Origin: Gallionella sp.
GTDB lineage: Bacteria > Pseudomonadota > Gammaproteobacteria > Burkholderiales > Gallionellaceae
Length of the DNA: 64,000 nucleotides
NCBI GenBank assembly: GCA_049684555.1
Contig: JBAVGB010000041.1
Span: 8,565 to 72,564, forward strand
Reading direction: 5' to 3'
Position 1 is the stretch's first letter; each line of letters starts with the position of its first letter. This document shows positions 22,540-31,475 of the stretch, one piece after another. Under the pieces are notes generated by a model, which was not told the DNA's origin, did not search any database, and saw only the letters and a list, made by a program, of their open reading frames with translations. Both the position numbers and the translations under genes were made by a program.

Positions 22540-23129
22540 AACGAGATTCTTACACCCAGATTGACACCCTCATCAAGGGTGGTGTTGGGCTGATTGTTCA
22601 GGCCAAACTGGATCGTCCGGTACCCGATATAGGCCACCGCCTGCGGGATGACTTCATATTCCAGGCGGGCGTTGGCTTCGAGATAGCGGTTGGCATCGCC
22701 AAAGGTGACGATATTCGGTGAAGCATACACTTCACCGACAATGCCCAGGCGCCGGGTAGCTGGCGGGGAATAACGCACCAGTCCGCCCAGTGCAATTGCA
22801 GTGGTATTGTTGTAAATGGGGCCGTTGCTGACCTTGGCGATCAGCCCTTTTATGCCGACACCGACGGAAAATCCGGGTGCGTTGTCGCCCAATTCGTCCT
22901 GCACCACCAGGCCGAAATCGCCCAGCATGTTATTCCGGTTGACGTAAAGGACACCCATATGAAACTTGGTATTGCCGAGGGGGTCGCGACCCAGTGAGGA
23001 TATGTATTGGAATTGGGCGCTGGTATCGCGCAGGTTGATATCGACGGTGTCCGCCAGAGCCGAGGTGCTGACGGCTGCCATGGTGCTCAGGACTATTAGA
23101 CCGGCTGGAACGATGCGGCGCAATGACAT
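22536..23129 (-). CDS. Outer-membrane beta-barrel protein (YfaZ-like)
   Basis: Signal peptide ...STSALA|DT, beta-strand periodicity and C-terminal ...GVRISF. Confidence 0.7.
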   Translation of the reverse strand: MSLRRIVPAGLIVLSTMAAVSTSALADTVDINLRDTSAQFQYISSLGRDPLGNTKFHMGVLYVNRNNMLGDFGLVVQDELGDNAPGFSVGVGIKGLIAKVSNGPIYNNTTAIALGGLVRYSPPATRRLGIVGEVYASPNIVTFGDANRYLEANARLEYEVIPQAVAYIGYRTIQFGLNNQPNTTLDEGVNLGVRISF

Positions 23130-23369
23130 AACTTCACTCCTTAAGATAATTGATGCCTGGTTGGTTGAGGTATTCTATATTGATTGGAATCGAAACAAAA
23201 ATAACACGCCTTGGCTGGAATGCCGATTTAACGCTTGCAAGTAAATTGGAAACATTTTACATCACGAATCGGATGGTCATGCGCTGCCCGATCTCGATTT
23301 TCGCGGCCATGCGGCATCCGATTGACCGGATCCGTTGCAACAGGTTCCCGGAAAAATTATTGATACGCT

Positions 23370-24224
23370 TCACAGATCCGTGTCGAACGCGGTATCGCCT
23401 TCCGCCACTTTTTCGCCCGGCCGCATGTCCATGAAATCGAACAGTTCGCCATCCAGCAAATGCGAAGGCGCGACACTCTGCATCGCGGTAAAGATGGTCT
23501 GGCCGCGTCCCGGGTATTCCCGCTCCCATGCGGCGAGCATTTCCTTGATATTCTGCCGCTGCAGGTTTTCCTGGGCGCCGCACAGGTTGCACGGGATGAT
23601 CGGGAATTCCATGCCCCGCGCATAGCGTGCGATATCCTTCTCGGGGCAATATGCCAGCGGCCGGATCACGATATGGTCGCCCTTGTCGGTGACCAGCTTG
23701 GGCGGCATGGCCTTGAGCTTGCCGCCGAAGAACATGTTCAGAAACAGCGTTTCGATCATGTCGTCGCGGTGGTGTCCCAGCGCGATCTTGTTCGCGCCGA
23801 GTTCGCGGGCCACGCGGTAGATGATGCCGCGCCGCAGCCGCGAACACAGCGAACAGGTGGTCTTGCCCTCGGGGATCTTTTTCTTGACGATGGAATAGGT
23901 GTCCTGCGTTTCGATGTGGTATTCCACACCGATGGACTTCAAATAGTCGGGCAGTACCTCGGCGGGAAAGCCCGGCTGTTTCTGGTCGAGATTCATCGCG
24001 ACAATGCGAAAATCGATCGGTGCGCGCTTGCGCAGCGTGAGCAGGATATCCAGCAACGTATATGAGTCCTTGCCGCCGGACAGGCACACCATCACGCTGT
24101 CACCTTCCTCGATCATGTTGAAATCGGCGATGGCCTGCCCGACCATGTGCTCCAGTCGTCCCTTGAGGCGGTTGAAGTTGGTCGAATGACGTTCGAAATG
24201 TATGGATTGAGTCATGTCGTTCAT
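23370..24224 (-). CDS. ttcA: tRNA 2-thiocytidine(32) synthetase
   Basis: Contains VCLSGGKDS (PP-loop) and the [10 protein letters not shown] and CNLCG motifs. The start is uncertain (24257, 24224 or 24215). Confidence 0.92.
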   Translation of the reverse strand: MNDMTQSIHFERHSTNFNRLKGRLEHMVGQAIADFNMIEEGDSVMVCLSGGKDSYTLLDILLTLRKRAPIDFRIVAMNLDQKQPGFPAEVLPDYLKSIGVEYHIETQDTYSIVKKKIPEGKTTCSLCSRLRRGIIYRVARELGANKIALGHHRDDMIETLFLNMFFGGKLKAMPPKLVTDKGDHIVIRPLAYCPEKDIARYARGMEFPIIPCNLCGAQENLQRQNIKEMLAAWEREYPGRGQTIFTAMQSVAPSHLLDGELFDFMDMRPGEKVAEGDTAFDTDL

Positions 24225-24258
24225 TTCCGGATCAATTTGAAAAACAGTTAGCCACATA

Positions 24259-24319
24259 ACCAGCGACTTGGCTGGTGACTTTTGGCAGCCTAGTCGAATG
24301 GCTAATAGTAATATCAGAG
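24259..24319. repeat. Interspersed two-hairpin element, family C, copy 2
   Basis: ACCAGCGACTTGGCTGGTGACTTTTGGCAGCCTAGTCGAATGGCTAATAG... aligns with copies 1 and 3. Confidence 0.75.
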
Positions 24320-24320
24320 T

Positions 24321-24390
24321 CCACAGAGATCACAGAGAAAAACAATATGCGGAACTTGCATCCTCTCTGTGTCCTCTGTGATCTCTGTGG
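24321..24390. repeat. REP-like inverted-repeat element, family R, copy a
   Basis: Perfect 17-bp arms CCACAGAGATCACAGAG / CTCTGTGATCTCTGTGG separated by 36 nt. It abuts family C copy 2. Confidence 0.85.
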
Positions 24391-24411
24391 CTTGAAATTT
24401 TATTTTTTGAT

Positions 24412-25173
24412 TCATAGGTTGACGCTGCGCCCACCGTCTACGGAAATAATTTGCCCGGTGATGTAAGGCGCATCGTTCAACAGGAATTGCACCGTCCTGG
24501 CGATATCGTCCGGCTCGCCCTCGCGCTTGAGCAGGGTATGGGCGACGATCTTGCGGCGCTGTTCCTCGTCCATCCACGCCTCATTTTCCGGCCATACGAT
24601 CACGCCGGGGGCAACGGCGTTGACGCGCACATGCGGCGCCATCTCCTGCGCCAGCCCTTTGGTCAGCGCGACCAGGCCGGCCTTCGCAACGCTATACAGC
24701 AGATGGCCGTGCATCGGCCGCTCCGCGTGGATGTCGGCGATATTCACGATACAACCATGGTGGCGGCGCAGTTCAGCCTCTGCGGCCTGGGCCAGGAACA
24801 GCGGGGCTTTCAGGTTGGTGCCCAGCAGATCATGCCATTGCTGCTCGGCGATATCCGCCAGCGGAGTGGCATAAAAACTCGAGGCGTTGTTGACCAGTGC
24901 ATCAAGCTGCCAGAATTTTGTGATGACCTTGTGCACCAACTGCGGCAAGGCATCCAGATCGAGCAGGTCCGCCTGGAACAAGGCTGAACTGCCGGGACGC
25001 AGCGCGTTCAGCTCATCTTGCAGGGCCAGCGCCTCCTGTTTCGAGCTGCGATAGTGAATCGCGATCCGTGCTCCCGCCGCATGCAGGCGGCGGCAGATCG
25101 CCGCGCCGACGCGCTTTGCTCCCCCGGTCACCAATACCACTTTGCCCTGCATCTCTTGTTCCATTAGACTCAT
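24412..25173 (-). CDS. Pteridine reductase-like short-chain dehydrogenase
   Basis: VTGGAKRVG cofactor motif and YSVAK catalytic motif, with overall similarity to PTR1/FolM-type SDRs. The start could be an internal Met. Confidence 0.8.
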   Translation of the reverse strand: MSLMEQEMQGKVVLVTGGAKRVGAAICRRLHAAGARIAIHYRSSKQEALALQDELNALRPGSSALFQADLLDLDALPQLVHKVITKFWQLDALVNNASSFYATPLADIAEQQWHDLLGTNLKAPLFLAQAAEAELRRHHGCIVNIADIHAERPMHGHLLYSVAKAGLVALTKGLAQEMAPHVRVNAVAPGVIVWPENEAWMDEEQRRKIVAHTLLKREGEPDDIARTVQFLLNDAPYITGQIISVDGGRSVNL

Positions 25174-25226
25174 GCCCCATCAAACCCGGCGACGCCATCC
25201 GACCGCAACGCGAATTATACCCGACC

Positions 25227-26381
25227 ATGCCCGCCACTTTACCCGCACCCGGCACAGATGCCGCCCGACACAGCGCAGCCCTGACCGAATCAATCCGGCG
25301 CGACATCGCCGCACAAGGCGGATGGATCTCGTTTGCGCGCTTCTTGGAGCTGGCGCTGTATGCACCGGGGCTGGGCTATTACGCGGCCGGCGCGCACAAG
25401 TTCGGCGCGACGGGTGATTTCATCACCGCACCTGAACTCTCACCGCTGTTCGGGCGCACGCTGGCGCGGCAGATGGCCGGAATCACCGCCAATAGCGCGC
25501 CGCATATTCTCGAACTTGGTGCGGGCAGCGGCAGGCTGGCGGTGGACATGCTGGCCGAGCTGGAACAACTGGGCAGCCTGCCGGACAGCTATGCCATCCT
25601 CGAGGTAAGCGCCGACTTGCGCGCGCGCCAGCAAGCACTGATTGCAGAAAACCTGCCGCATCTGCTGGGTCGGGTGCGCTGGCTGGATGAACTGCCGGAA
25701 AGATTCAGCGGTGCAATCCTCGCGAACGAGGTGCTCGACGCGTTGCCGGTGCATCTGCTGCACTGGCGGGACAGCGCGATCACCGAGCGGGGTGTTGCCA
25801 CCGACGGGCACGGTTTCATCTGGCAGGAACGCGCGATCAGTGACCCTGTGTTGCTGCATGCCGCGCAGCAGATCGCCGTTCCGGATGATTATGTCAGCGA
25901 GATCGGTCTTGCCGCACGCGGCCTGGTCAACAGCCTTGCGCAGCGGCTGGAACAGGGCGCGATGCTGTTCATCGACTATGGTTTCGGTGCGCGCGAGTTC
26001 TATCATCCACAGCGACGCAGCGGCACGCTGATGTGCCACTACCGCCATCATGCGCACGACGACCCATTCTTTCTGCCCGGTTTGCAGGACATCACCGCGC
26101 ATGTGAATTTTACCGATATCGCGGAATGCGGCATCGATGCGGGCCTGGAACTGCTCGGCTACACGTCGCAGGCATTTTTCTTGATCAACTGCGGCATCAC
26201 CGAATTGATCAGGGATACTTCGCCGGAAGACATTCGCGACTACCTGCCTCTTTCGGCGCAGTTGCAGAAGCTCACCAGCCCGGCGGAGATGGGCGAACTG
26301 TTCAAAGTGATCGCACTGGGGAAAAAAATGCCGAACTCTTTATCCGGATTCACCAGCGGTGACCTGACGCGCTCTTTGTGA
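25227..26381 (+). CDS. Class I SAM-dependent methyltransferase, DUF185 (MidA/NDUFAF7-like)
   Basis: Contains the FARFLELALYAPGLGYY, GDFITAPE and ELGAGSG motifs. The start at 25227 removes a Pro/Arg-rich extension that overlaps the divergent SDR gene. Confidence 0.85.
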   Translation: MPATLPAPGTDAARHSAALTESIRRDIAAQGGWISFARFLELALYAPGLGYYAAGAHKFGATGDFITAPELSPLFGRTLARQMAGITANSAPHILELGAGSGRLAVDMLAELEQLGSLPDSYAILEVSADLRARQQALIAENLPHLLGRVRWLDELPERFSGAILANEVLDALPVHLLHWRDSAITERGVATDGHGFIWQERAISDPVLLHAAQQIAVPDDYVSEIGLAARGLVNSLAQRLEQGAMLFIDYGFGAREFYHPQRRSGTLMCHYRHHAHDDPFFLPGLQDITAHVNFTDIAECGIDAGLELLGYTSQAFFLINCGITELIRDTSPEDIRDYLPLSAQLQKLTSPAEMGELFKVIALGKKMPNSLSGFTSGDLTRSL

Positions 26382-26783
26382 AATAGGTGATACCTGAAAA
26401 TCGGCTTCTGAGTGACCGCAATTTCCATTCGAATTGTTTATGCTTTTTCCAGTAACAGCCACACGTCGGCCGTTGAAGTATGTCGGCTTTTTAATTGCGA
26501 ATCTAAGCGTCACTGATATTTTAACAAGAGGCTTGTGGCGCTCAGCCAGCAATGTATTGCTGCAATAGGAATTCTGGCACCAGACAATAACTGCTTTGCA
26601 ATCAGAAGCGGTCATGGGATGAGTATTGCTCGGCCAGCTTGACTGACTCTTACCAACCCTTAGCGACCAGTCAGCCATGTAATTACGCTACCCGAAACCG
26701 GTCATTCACCAAGGACGGCAAACGACACAAAACCATCATTAAAAAAGCCAAGAATTAGAATTAACGATTGATTTTGGCATGAA

Positions 26784-26831
26784 ACTAATGACTTGGTATT
26801 TAACCAAAATATCGCCACAAGTTAGCACAAC
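26784..26831. repeat. Possible degenerate copy of family C element
   Basis: ACTAATGACTTGGT...GCCACAAGTTAGCACAAC resembles ACCAATGACTTGGT...GCCAACTTAGTCAGATGGC of copy 1. The similarity is weak. Confidence 0.3.
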
Positions 26832-26990
26832 AAAAAACTTGCAATCCTTAAATGTGCTTCTTTGGCTAAACGAATAGGTGTTTGTCCTATGGTAAATATA
26901 GCAATTGTCCTATTGTTTATAAGGTCGTAGGGATTTAGCATCATCTCTGTTTCAAGGTTGCTCCATTACTTTTTAGAGAGGCAAATAATA

Positions 26991-27587
26991 ATGAAAAACT
27001 TCAAGGTTGTTACTTTAACTTTATTACTGTTTGGTATGGCCGCTTCACCAGCGATGGCGGAAGGCTATTATGCCGCGCTTGATGCCGGCCAATCGAAGGC
27101 AAAAGACGCGTGTACCGGCGTCCCCGGAGGATGGACGGGATGCAGCGACACTGGAACCATGGTCCGGATTGCAGGCGGTTACCAGTTTACGCCGATGTGG
27201 GGAGCAGAAATCAGTTATGCCGATTTGGGCAGCGCAAGCTTGGGCTCGGGCATCATTTCTAGCATCGCGGTATCAGGAAATTATAAGGCCAGCAGTGTCC
27301 AGCTTTCTGGAACCGGCACATTCCCGGTGACTGATGCTTTTTCCATCATCGCAAAACTGGGCATCGCATCGACAGACCTGACGGTGACGGCTTCAGGGGG
27401 AGGGGTTTCCGTCGACCAAAGTGCTACCACCACCAAAGCTGCTTTTGGTATCGGTGCGCAATATGACTTTACCAAGAACATTTCGGTGAGAGCCCAGTAT
27501 GAAGACTTGGGGGATGTTGGCGACAGCAATACGACGGGCACTTCCAACGTTACTCTGCTTTCTGCTGGGTTAGTTTACAAATTCTGA
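26991..27587 (+). CDS. Small outer-membrane beta-barrel protein (OMP_b-brl family)
   Basis: ATG at 26991 after AGAGAGG. Signal peptide ...ASPAMA|EG and C-terminal ...AGLVYKF. Confidence 0.8.
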   Translation: MKNFKVVTLTLLLFGMAASPAMAEGYYAALDAGQSKAKDACTGVPGGWTGCSDTGTMVRIAGGYQFTPMWGAEISYADLGSASLGSGIISSIAVSGNYKASSVQLSGTGTFPVTDAFSIIAKLGIASTDLTVTASGGGVSVDQSATTTKAAFGIGAQYDFTKNISVRAQYEDLGDVGDSNTTGTSNVTLLSAGLVYKF

Positions 27588-27610
27588 TATTAATTATTTC
27601 AAAATTAGCA

Positions 27611-27636
27611 AGCCGGGCATTGTCCCGGCTTTTTTG
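27611..27636 (+). terminator. Intrinsic terminator
   Basis: AGCCGGG/CCCGGCT stem followed by TTTTTTG, 24 nt after the OMP stop. Confidence 0.8.
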
Positions 27637-28008
27637 TAAGTAAATGATATTTAGGCAATGGAAGTCAAAACGAGACTTATCCTATCCGGCGTATTAACTC
27701 AGGTTGAATACTGAAGGGCGGCTATTGACAGAGCCGAACTTCTTGTCGTCAAACTGCCTTCCATAAGGCAGCCAGTCGCGAACGGCAACTATTGGCCGGG
27801 TTTGAGTCTTTCGGTCATCTTGCCTGCGAAGGTCTGCAACACACCAGTTAGCTGCCGTTCGATTTTCATTCTGTCATTCGTCAAACGCTGATCAACAGCT
27901 ATCATCCAAACTTCCCTAAAGCGGTCACTCGTAACGCTCAGCACGCGACCCAATCCAGACAACCAGCAAAGTTGTTGACAGATGATATAGGCCGACCTCT
28001 GGGTTCAT

Positions 28009-28359
28009 TCACCATTGATGTGTGCCGCTGTGTACAAGACTGAAGGCGAGCGCTCCGATGAATAATGCCCATCCTGCGATCTGAGTTGCGCGAGCCAAGA
28101 TGTGATACAGCCTTTCGCCATCACTTGAGTCGAAATGATCGGCGAAAATTGAAAGGAGATTCAATGACGCGCAAATAAACGCGGCGAACATAATCCAGGC
28201 TGCGGTTCCGTGTAAGTGAATGCCTCGCGAATGCTTGCCAGGAATAAAGAGATCACCGAGATATAGCCCAATGCCTCCATAAGTCAAAAGACACGTGGCC
28301 AGCACAACGTGCCAGACTCGCTCTTGGGTCGAAATGCTCCTGGGCTGAGCAGTATCCAT
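28009..28359 (-). CDS. Hypothetical small integral membrane protein
   Basis: 116 aa with about four hydrophobic helices. I recognise no family, and it lies in the AT-richer stretch. Confidence 0.5.
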   Translation of the reverse strand: MDTAQPRSISTQERVWHVVLATCLLTYGGIGLYLGDLFIPGKHSRGIHLHGTAAWIMFAAFICASLNLLSIFADHFDSSDGERLYHILARATQIAGWALFIGALAFSLVHSGTHQW

Positions 28360-28639
28360 AGAACTCGCCTAATGAAGCTTTTGAAAATGTATCTTCAGCG
28401 GCGCTGCCTGCCGTGAACGGAATTGAATATCAAGATGAAGCCACGATTGTGGCCGGATTCCGCTTGCTGTATGGTGGGTAATCCAGTGGCTGTTGTTTGC
28501 TTGCAAGCAGTCGTTGAATGCCAGTATGGGGTAAACGTCATCTCGCCCACAGTGAATGCGCGATCTTGTCATGCGCCAATAATGCAATGGGATACCTGTC
28601 CCATAATTGATGACGAAACCTTTTGGCCGCTTTGTAGAA

Positions 28640-29062
28640 TTATCTGATCTTGATAATGTCGGTCGACAGGAAAATCTCACGGAGAAAACACAAAAGTCCC
28701 GCAATCAATGCCAGCATTGCCCCGATGAAGAAAAGGGATATCGTCCCTGACGGGTCTCTGTTCACTTCAGAGCCGATGAATAATGCCGCAATGACAATGC
28801 AAATTAACAGCGCGCAGGAAGTGCAAAGACTGATTGCCCAATGTATCCAGCGAGCCCTGCGCAGCAGGGTTGCCAACTCAAGTTTGTAAATTTTGCGTTT
28901 TTCTTCATCTGTCGCTTCAAGTATCCGAAAACGATCAATGATCCGGCCCAAGCGGGTCGAGAGTACGCCGAGAATCGCGCCGACGCCGGTCAGCAGAAAA
29001 ACCGGGGCGACTGACTGTTGAATCGCGCGAGCAACAGTTATGACATCTGCGGCCGTTTGCAC
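28640..29062 (-). CDS. DUF2721 domain membrane protein
   Basis: 140 aa with the VAPVFLLTGVGAILGVLSTRLGRIIDR motif and three TM segments typical of DUF2721. Confidence 0.7.
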   Translation of the reverse strand: MQTAADVITVARAIQQSVAPVFLLTGVGAILGVLSTRLGRIIDRFRILEATDEEKRKIYKLELATLLRRARWIHWAISLCTSCALLICIVIAALFIGSEVNRDPSGTISLFFIGAMLALIAGLLCFLREIFLSTDIIKIR

Positions 29063-29158
29063 AAATAATTTCCTCTAATGATCGACAACGGTGAGATTAT
29101 ATATTGGGATCAGGCCACCTTCCTGCTTGTCATGCTTCATTAACACCATTTCTGCTGC

Positions 29159-29581
29159 TCAAGACTTCGAGCCCAAGGCCTGCTTTCCGGGAATCCTGAA
29201 CTTCCCTTGCAGGTTCAATAATTCGTTGCGATGCAGGCCGGCAATTTTCTTCACCAGTCTGTCGCCTTCCGGCGTGAGATATATCTGCACCTCGCGCTTG
29301 TCCGCAGTACCGCGCTGCCGGTATATCAAGCCGAGCTTCTCGCAACGCGAAGCAAGCGATACGACGCCGTTATGGTGGGTTTGTAATCGTTCTGCAAGTT
29401 CGCCGATCGTCGCCCATTCCCGATTTTTATATCCTTTGACGTGCAGCAGCAGCAGGTATTGCAGATTGGTGACCCCGAATTGATGAGTGATGTTCTCGCT
29501 GAACCGGACAAAACAGCGCAGCCGATAACGGAAGTCGGAAAGTACCCTGAATTCTTCCCTAGTTGGGATATTTCTTGCCAT
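29159..29581 (-). CDS. MarR family transcriptional regulator
   Basis: 140 aa with a winged-helix core (LQYLLLLHV...ATIGELAERLQTHHNGVVSLASRCEKLGLI.R......D.R.V.I.LT..G). Confidence 0.85.
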   Translation of the reverse strand: MARNIPTREEFRVLSDFRYRLRCFVRFSENITHQFGVTNLQYLLLLHVKGYKNREWATIGELAERLQTHHNGVVSLASRCEKLGLIYRQRGTADKREVQIYLTPEGDRLVKKIAGLHRNELLNLQGKFRIPGKQALGSKS

Positions 29582-29752
29582 GATCTTCGAATGTAGATTG
29601 GTTCCAGCGGCATAGTAACATCACGTTGTAATAATATCACCATATGATATATTCATTCCGCAATGCGGCGGGGTTATCTCGCTCGCTTTTGATATTGGCT
29701 CAATTTCAAGGATTGGCATTGGCGATTGAACTGATCTTGTGAGGAGAATGAT

Positions 29753-30067
29753 ATGCAACTGCCTGAGATTGATGAAGAGGGATATCTGGTTGACCCGGCA
29801 ACCTGGACGGAAGAGATCGCCCGCGAGTTCGCCAGACAGGAGAATATCCAGCTGACGGCGGATCATTGGGACGCGATCCATTTCATGCGCAAATGGTACG
29901 ACGAAAATCAGGTCGCACCGGATGTCCGGCATGTAACGAAGCACCTGGCAGAGCGATTGGGCCCTGATTCGCGCAACATCATCTTCGAGCTGTTTCCATA
30001 TGGTTATGTGAAGCAGGCCTGCAAGATTGCCGGCATGAAACGCCCCAGGGGCTGGAGTACGGGTTAA
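29753..30067 (+). CDS. TusE/DsrC/DsvC family protein lacking the terminal (CysA) cysteine
   Basis: Contains D.EGYL.D...W.....A....I.LT..HW..I.F.R.....N..P and a C-terminal arm FPYGYVKQACKIAGMKRPRGWSTG. GAGGAG lies upstream of the ATG. Confidence 0.85.
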   Translation: MQLPEIDEEGYLVDPATWTEEIAREFARQENIQLTADHWDAIHFMRKWYDENQVAPDVRHVTKHLAERLGPDSRNIIFELFPYGYVKQACKIAGMKRPRGWSTG

Positions 30068-30075
30068 GACTGGCG

Positions 30076-30372
30076 ATGACCGGATGGTTTGCCAAAAACC
30101 TGGGCGATGCGATGCTGGCCTGGGATACGCTCGATCGAATCGAAATCCTGTATGCATCGTTGTATGGGAACGCAAATGGCCGCCGGGACACGGCGGTATT
30201 CATTCGGCACGAATCGGAGGGGCGTCTGCATTGTGAGGTGATGGCCTATTTCTCTCCCGACACGTTTGTGCTGGCTGAAGCGCTTGACGCTATCCCTTGC
30301 GGGAGGCCATTGAGAGACGGCTTAAGTCTGCATGTCGGTCCAGCGGATGTATGGCAGACGCTCTTTGAATGA
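30076..30372 (+). CDS. Hypothetical protein (98 aa), probably co-transcribed with the dsrC-like gene
   Basis: ATG 8 nt after the upstream stop. It is soluble and I recognise no domain. Confidence 0.55.
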   Translation: MTGWFAKNLGDAMLAWDTLDRIEILYASLYGNANGRRDTAVFIRHESEGRLHCEVMAYFSPDTFVLAEALDAIPCGRPLRDGLSLHVGPADVWQTLFE

Positions 30373-30389
30373 CGTGTCGGATTTTGCCC

Positions 30390-31346
30390 TCATGCAGCGC
30401 GCGGTGGCAATAGCCGACGGGTGAACAGCAGATACGCAGTTCGCACCGACAAATAACCGATGAACAGATTGGCTCCGATAAAGATCGGGATAGACAGTAT
30501 TCTCGCTGCTTCCACCCCGGCCAATGCAAGCTTCAGCCCGGTAACGGTAGCCGATGCGATGCCGAACGTGAAAGCCCAATACGCAAGGGAAAAGGGCTGT
30601 GCGCCAAACCACCTTGTCAGCCTGATACCCAGCAACATCTGAAACAGGCCGTAGCCCCACAGCATCAGCAGCCATTGGTCGCCGCCGCCGGGGCTCACGG
30701 CCAGCCAGGCCATGGAACAGACAACGGGTGGTGCAAACTGGATACCGAGCAAGGCTCTTTGCTCGGTGGGTATAGCGTGCGGATGCACAATACGCTGGAT
30801 CACAAGTGATTCCAGTGCCAGCCAGGAGAAAATCCCCGCGCCCATGAACAGCCATCCCCAATCGGGATGCCCCAGCGCGCCCAGGGCGGCAGCGCTGGTG
30901 AAATTTCCGGCCACCGTGGGCAGATAAAGTGTGGGTGCCGTATCCAGCGCATTGCGTCCGCCCTTCCACATGGTGCCGGTATGCCATAGCGAAAATGCCA
31001 GGTGCCAGCAGATGCCAGCTATCGTCAGGAGATAAGCCAAAGAACGGGAATAGGGGATTGCAGCCAGCGCTATCAACAGCGTGGTGACCGCAAGCAGTGC
31101 CGGCATGCTGCCTTGCACGGGATGCTGGAATTCGCTGCGAACCAGCATGGGACTCAGCAATGCCTGCATCGCATACGAAACCAGCAGCGCCAACCAGACC
31201 ACGGTGGCCAATATCAGCACGCCCTCTCCGATCCAGTGAGGCATTCCCCATAGCGGCGCGGCCGCACGCCATGCCTGCCCCATGCCGGACAAACCGAGCA
31301 CGATCCCGAAAAATGAGGCAGGAAGCGCTTTGTTTTTCATGATCAT
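30390..31346 (-). CDS. TDT family transporter (TehA/Mae1/Ssu1, SLAC1-like anion channel)
   Basis: 318 aa with about 10 TM helices and the N-terminal pattern FFGIVLGLSGMGQAWR typical of TehA-like proteins. Confidence 0.85.
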   Translation of the reverse strand: MIMKNKALPASFFGIVLGLSGMGQAWRAAAPLWGMPHWIGEGVLILATVVWLALLVSYAMQALLSPMLVRSEFQHPVQGSMPALLAVTTLLIALAAIPYSRSLAYLLTIAGICWHLAFSLWHTGTMWKGGRNALDTAPTLYLPTVAGNFTSAAALGALGHPDWGWLFMGAGIFSWLALESLVIQRIVHPHAIPTEQRALLGIQFAPPVVCSMAWLAVSPGGGDQWLLMLWGYGLFQMLLGIRLTRWFGAQPFSLAYWAFTFGIASATVTGLKLALAGVEAARILSIPIFIGANLFIGYLSVRTAYLLFTRRLLPPRAA

Positions 31347-31475
31347 GCTGCTTCTAATCCTGTATTGGTGGAAAGCGACAAATATATTTTGTTGTCAGGA
31401 TTGCCGAACTGCATCCTGAGCATGCAAGCGGGAAAAGCTTGCGGCCAGATGCGCCGGCCGGGTGGAGACAATGCG

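Noticed and set aside
24321-24390. Possible CRISPR repeats or spurious LCDLCG-type mini-proteins from the CTCTGTGATCTCTGTGG repeats.
   Set aside because: The repeats are inverted, not direct. They occur singly in distant spacers with no spacer array and no cas genes. The peptide-like ORFs are by-products of the palindrome.
26340-26678. A 112-aa minus-strand ORF (MADWSLRVGKSQSS…) in the AT-rich spacer.
   Set aside because: I see no recognisable family and no convincing ribosome-binding site, and its 3' end would overlap the convergent methyltransferase gene by 42 nt. It may be decayed gene debris, but I cannot support it as a CDS.
27700-27990. A start-less open frame on the minus strand that looks like the C-terminus of a soluble protein.
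   Set aside because: It has no start codon and I cannot assign a family by eye. It is reported only as possible gene debris inside the AT-rich-stretch finding, not as a pseudogene feature.
28369-28704. ORFs of 111 aa (minus strand) and 74 aa (plus strand, 28423-28647) in the gap between DUF2721 and the 116-aa membrane gene.
   Set aside because: The two ORFs are mutually exclusive, Cys/Arg/His-rich and overlap the DUF2721 3' end. Neither has a Shine-Dalgarno sequence or a family resemblance.
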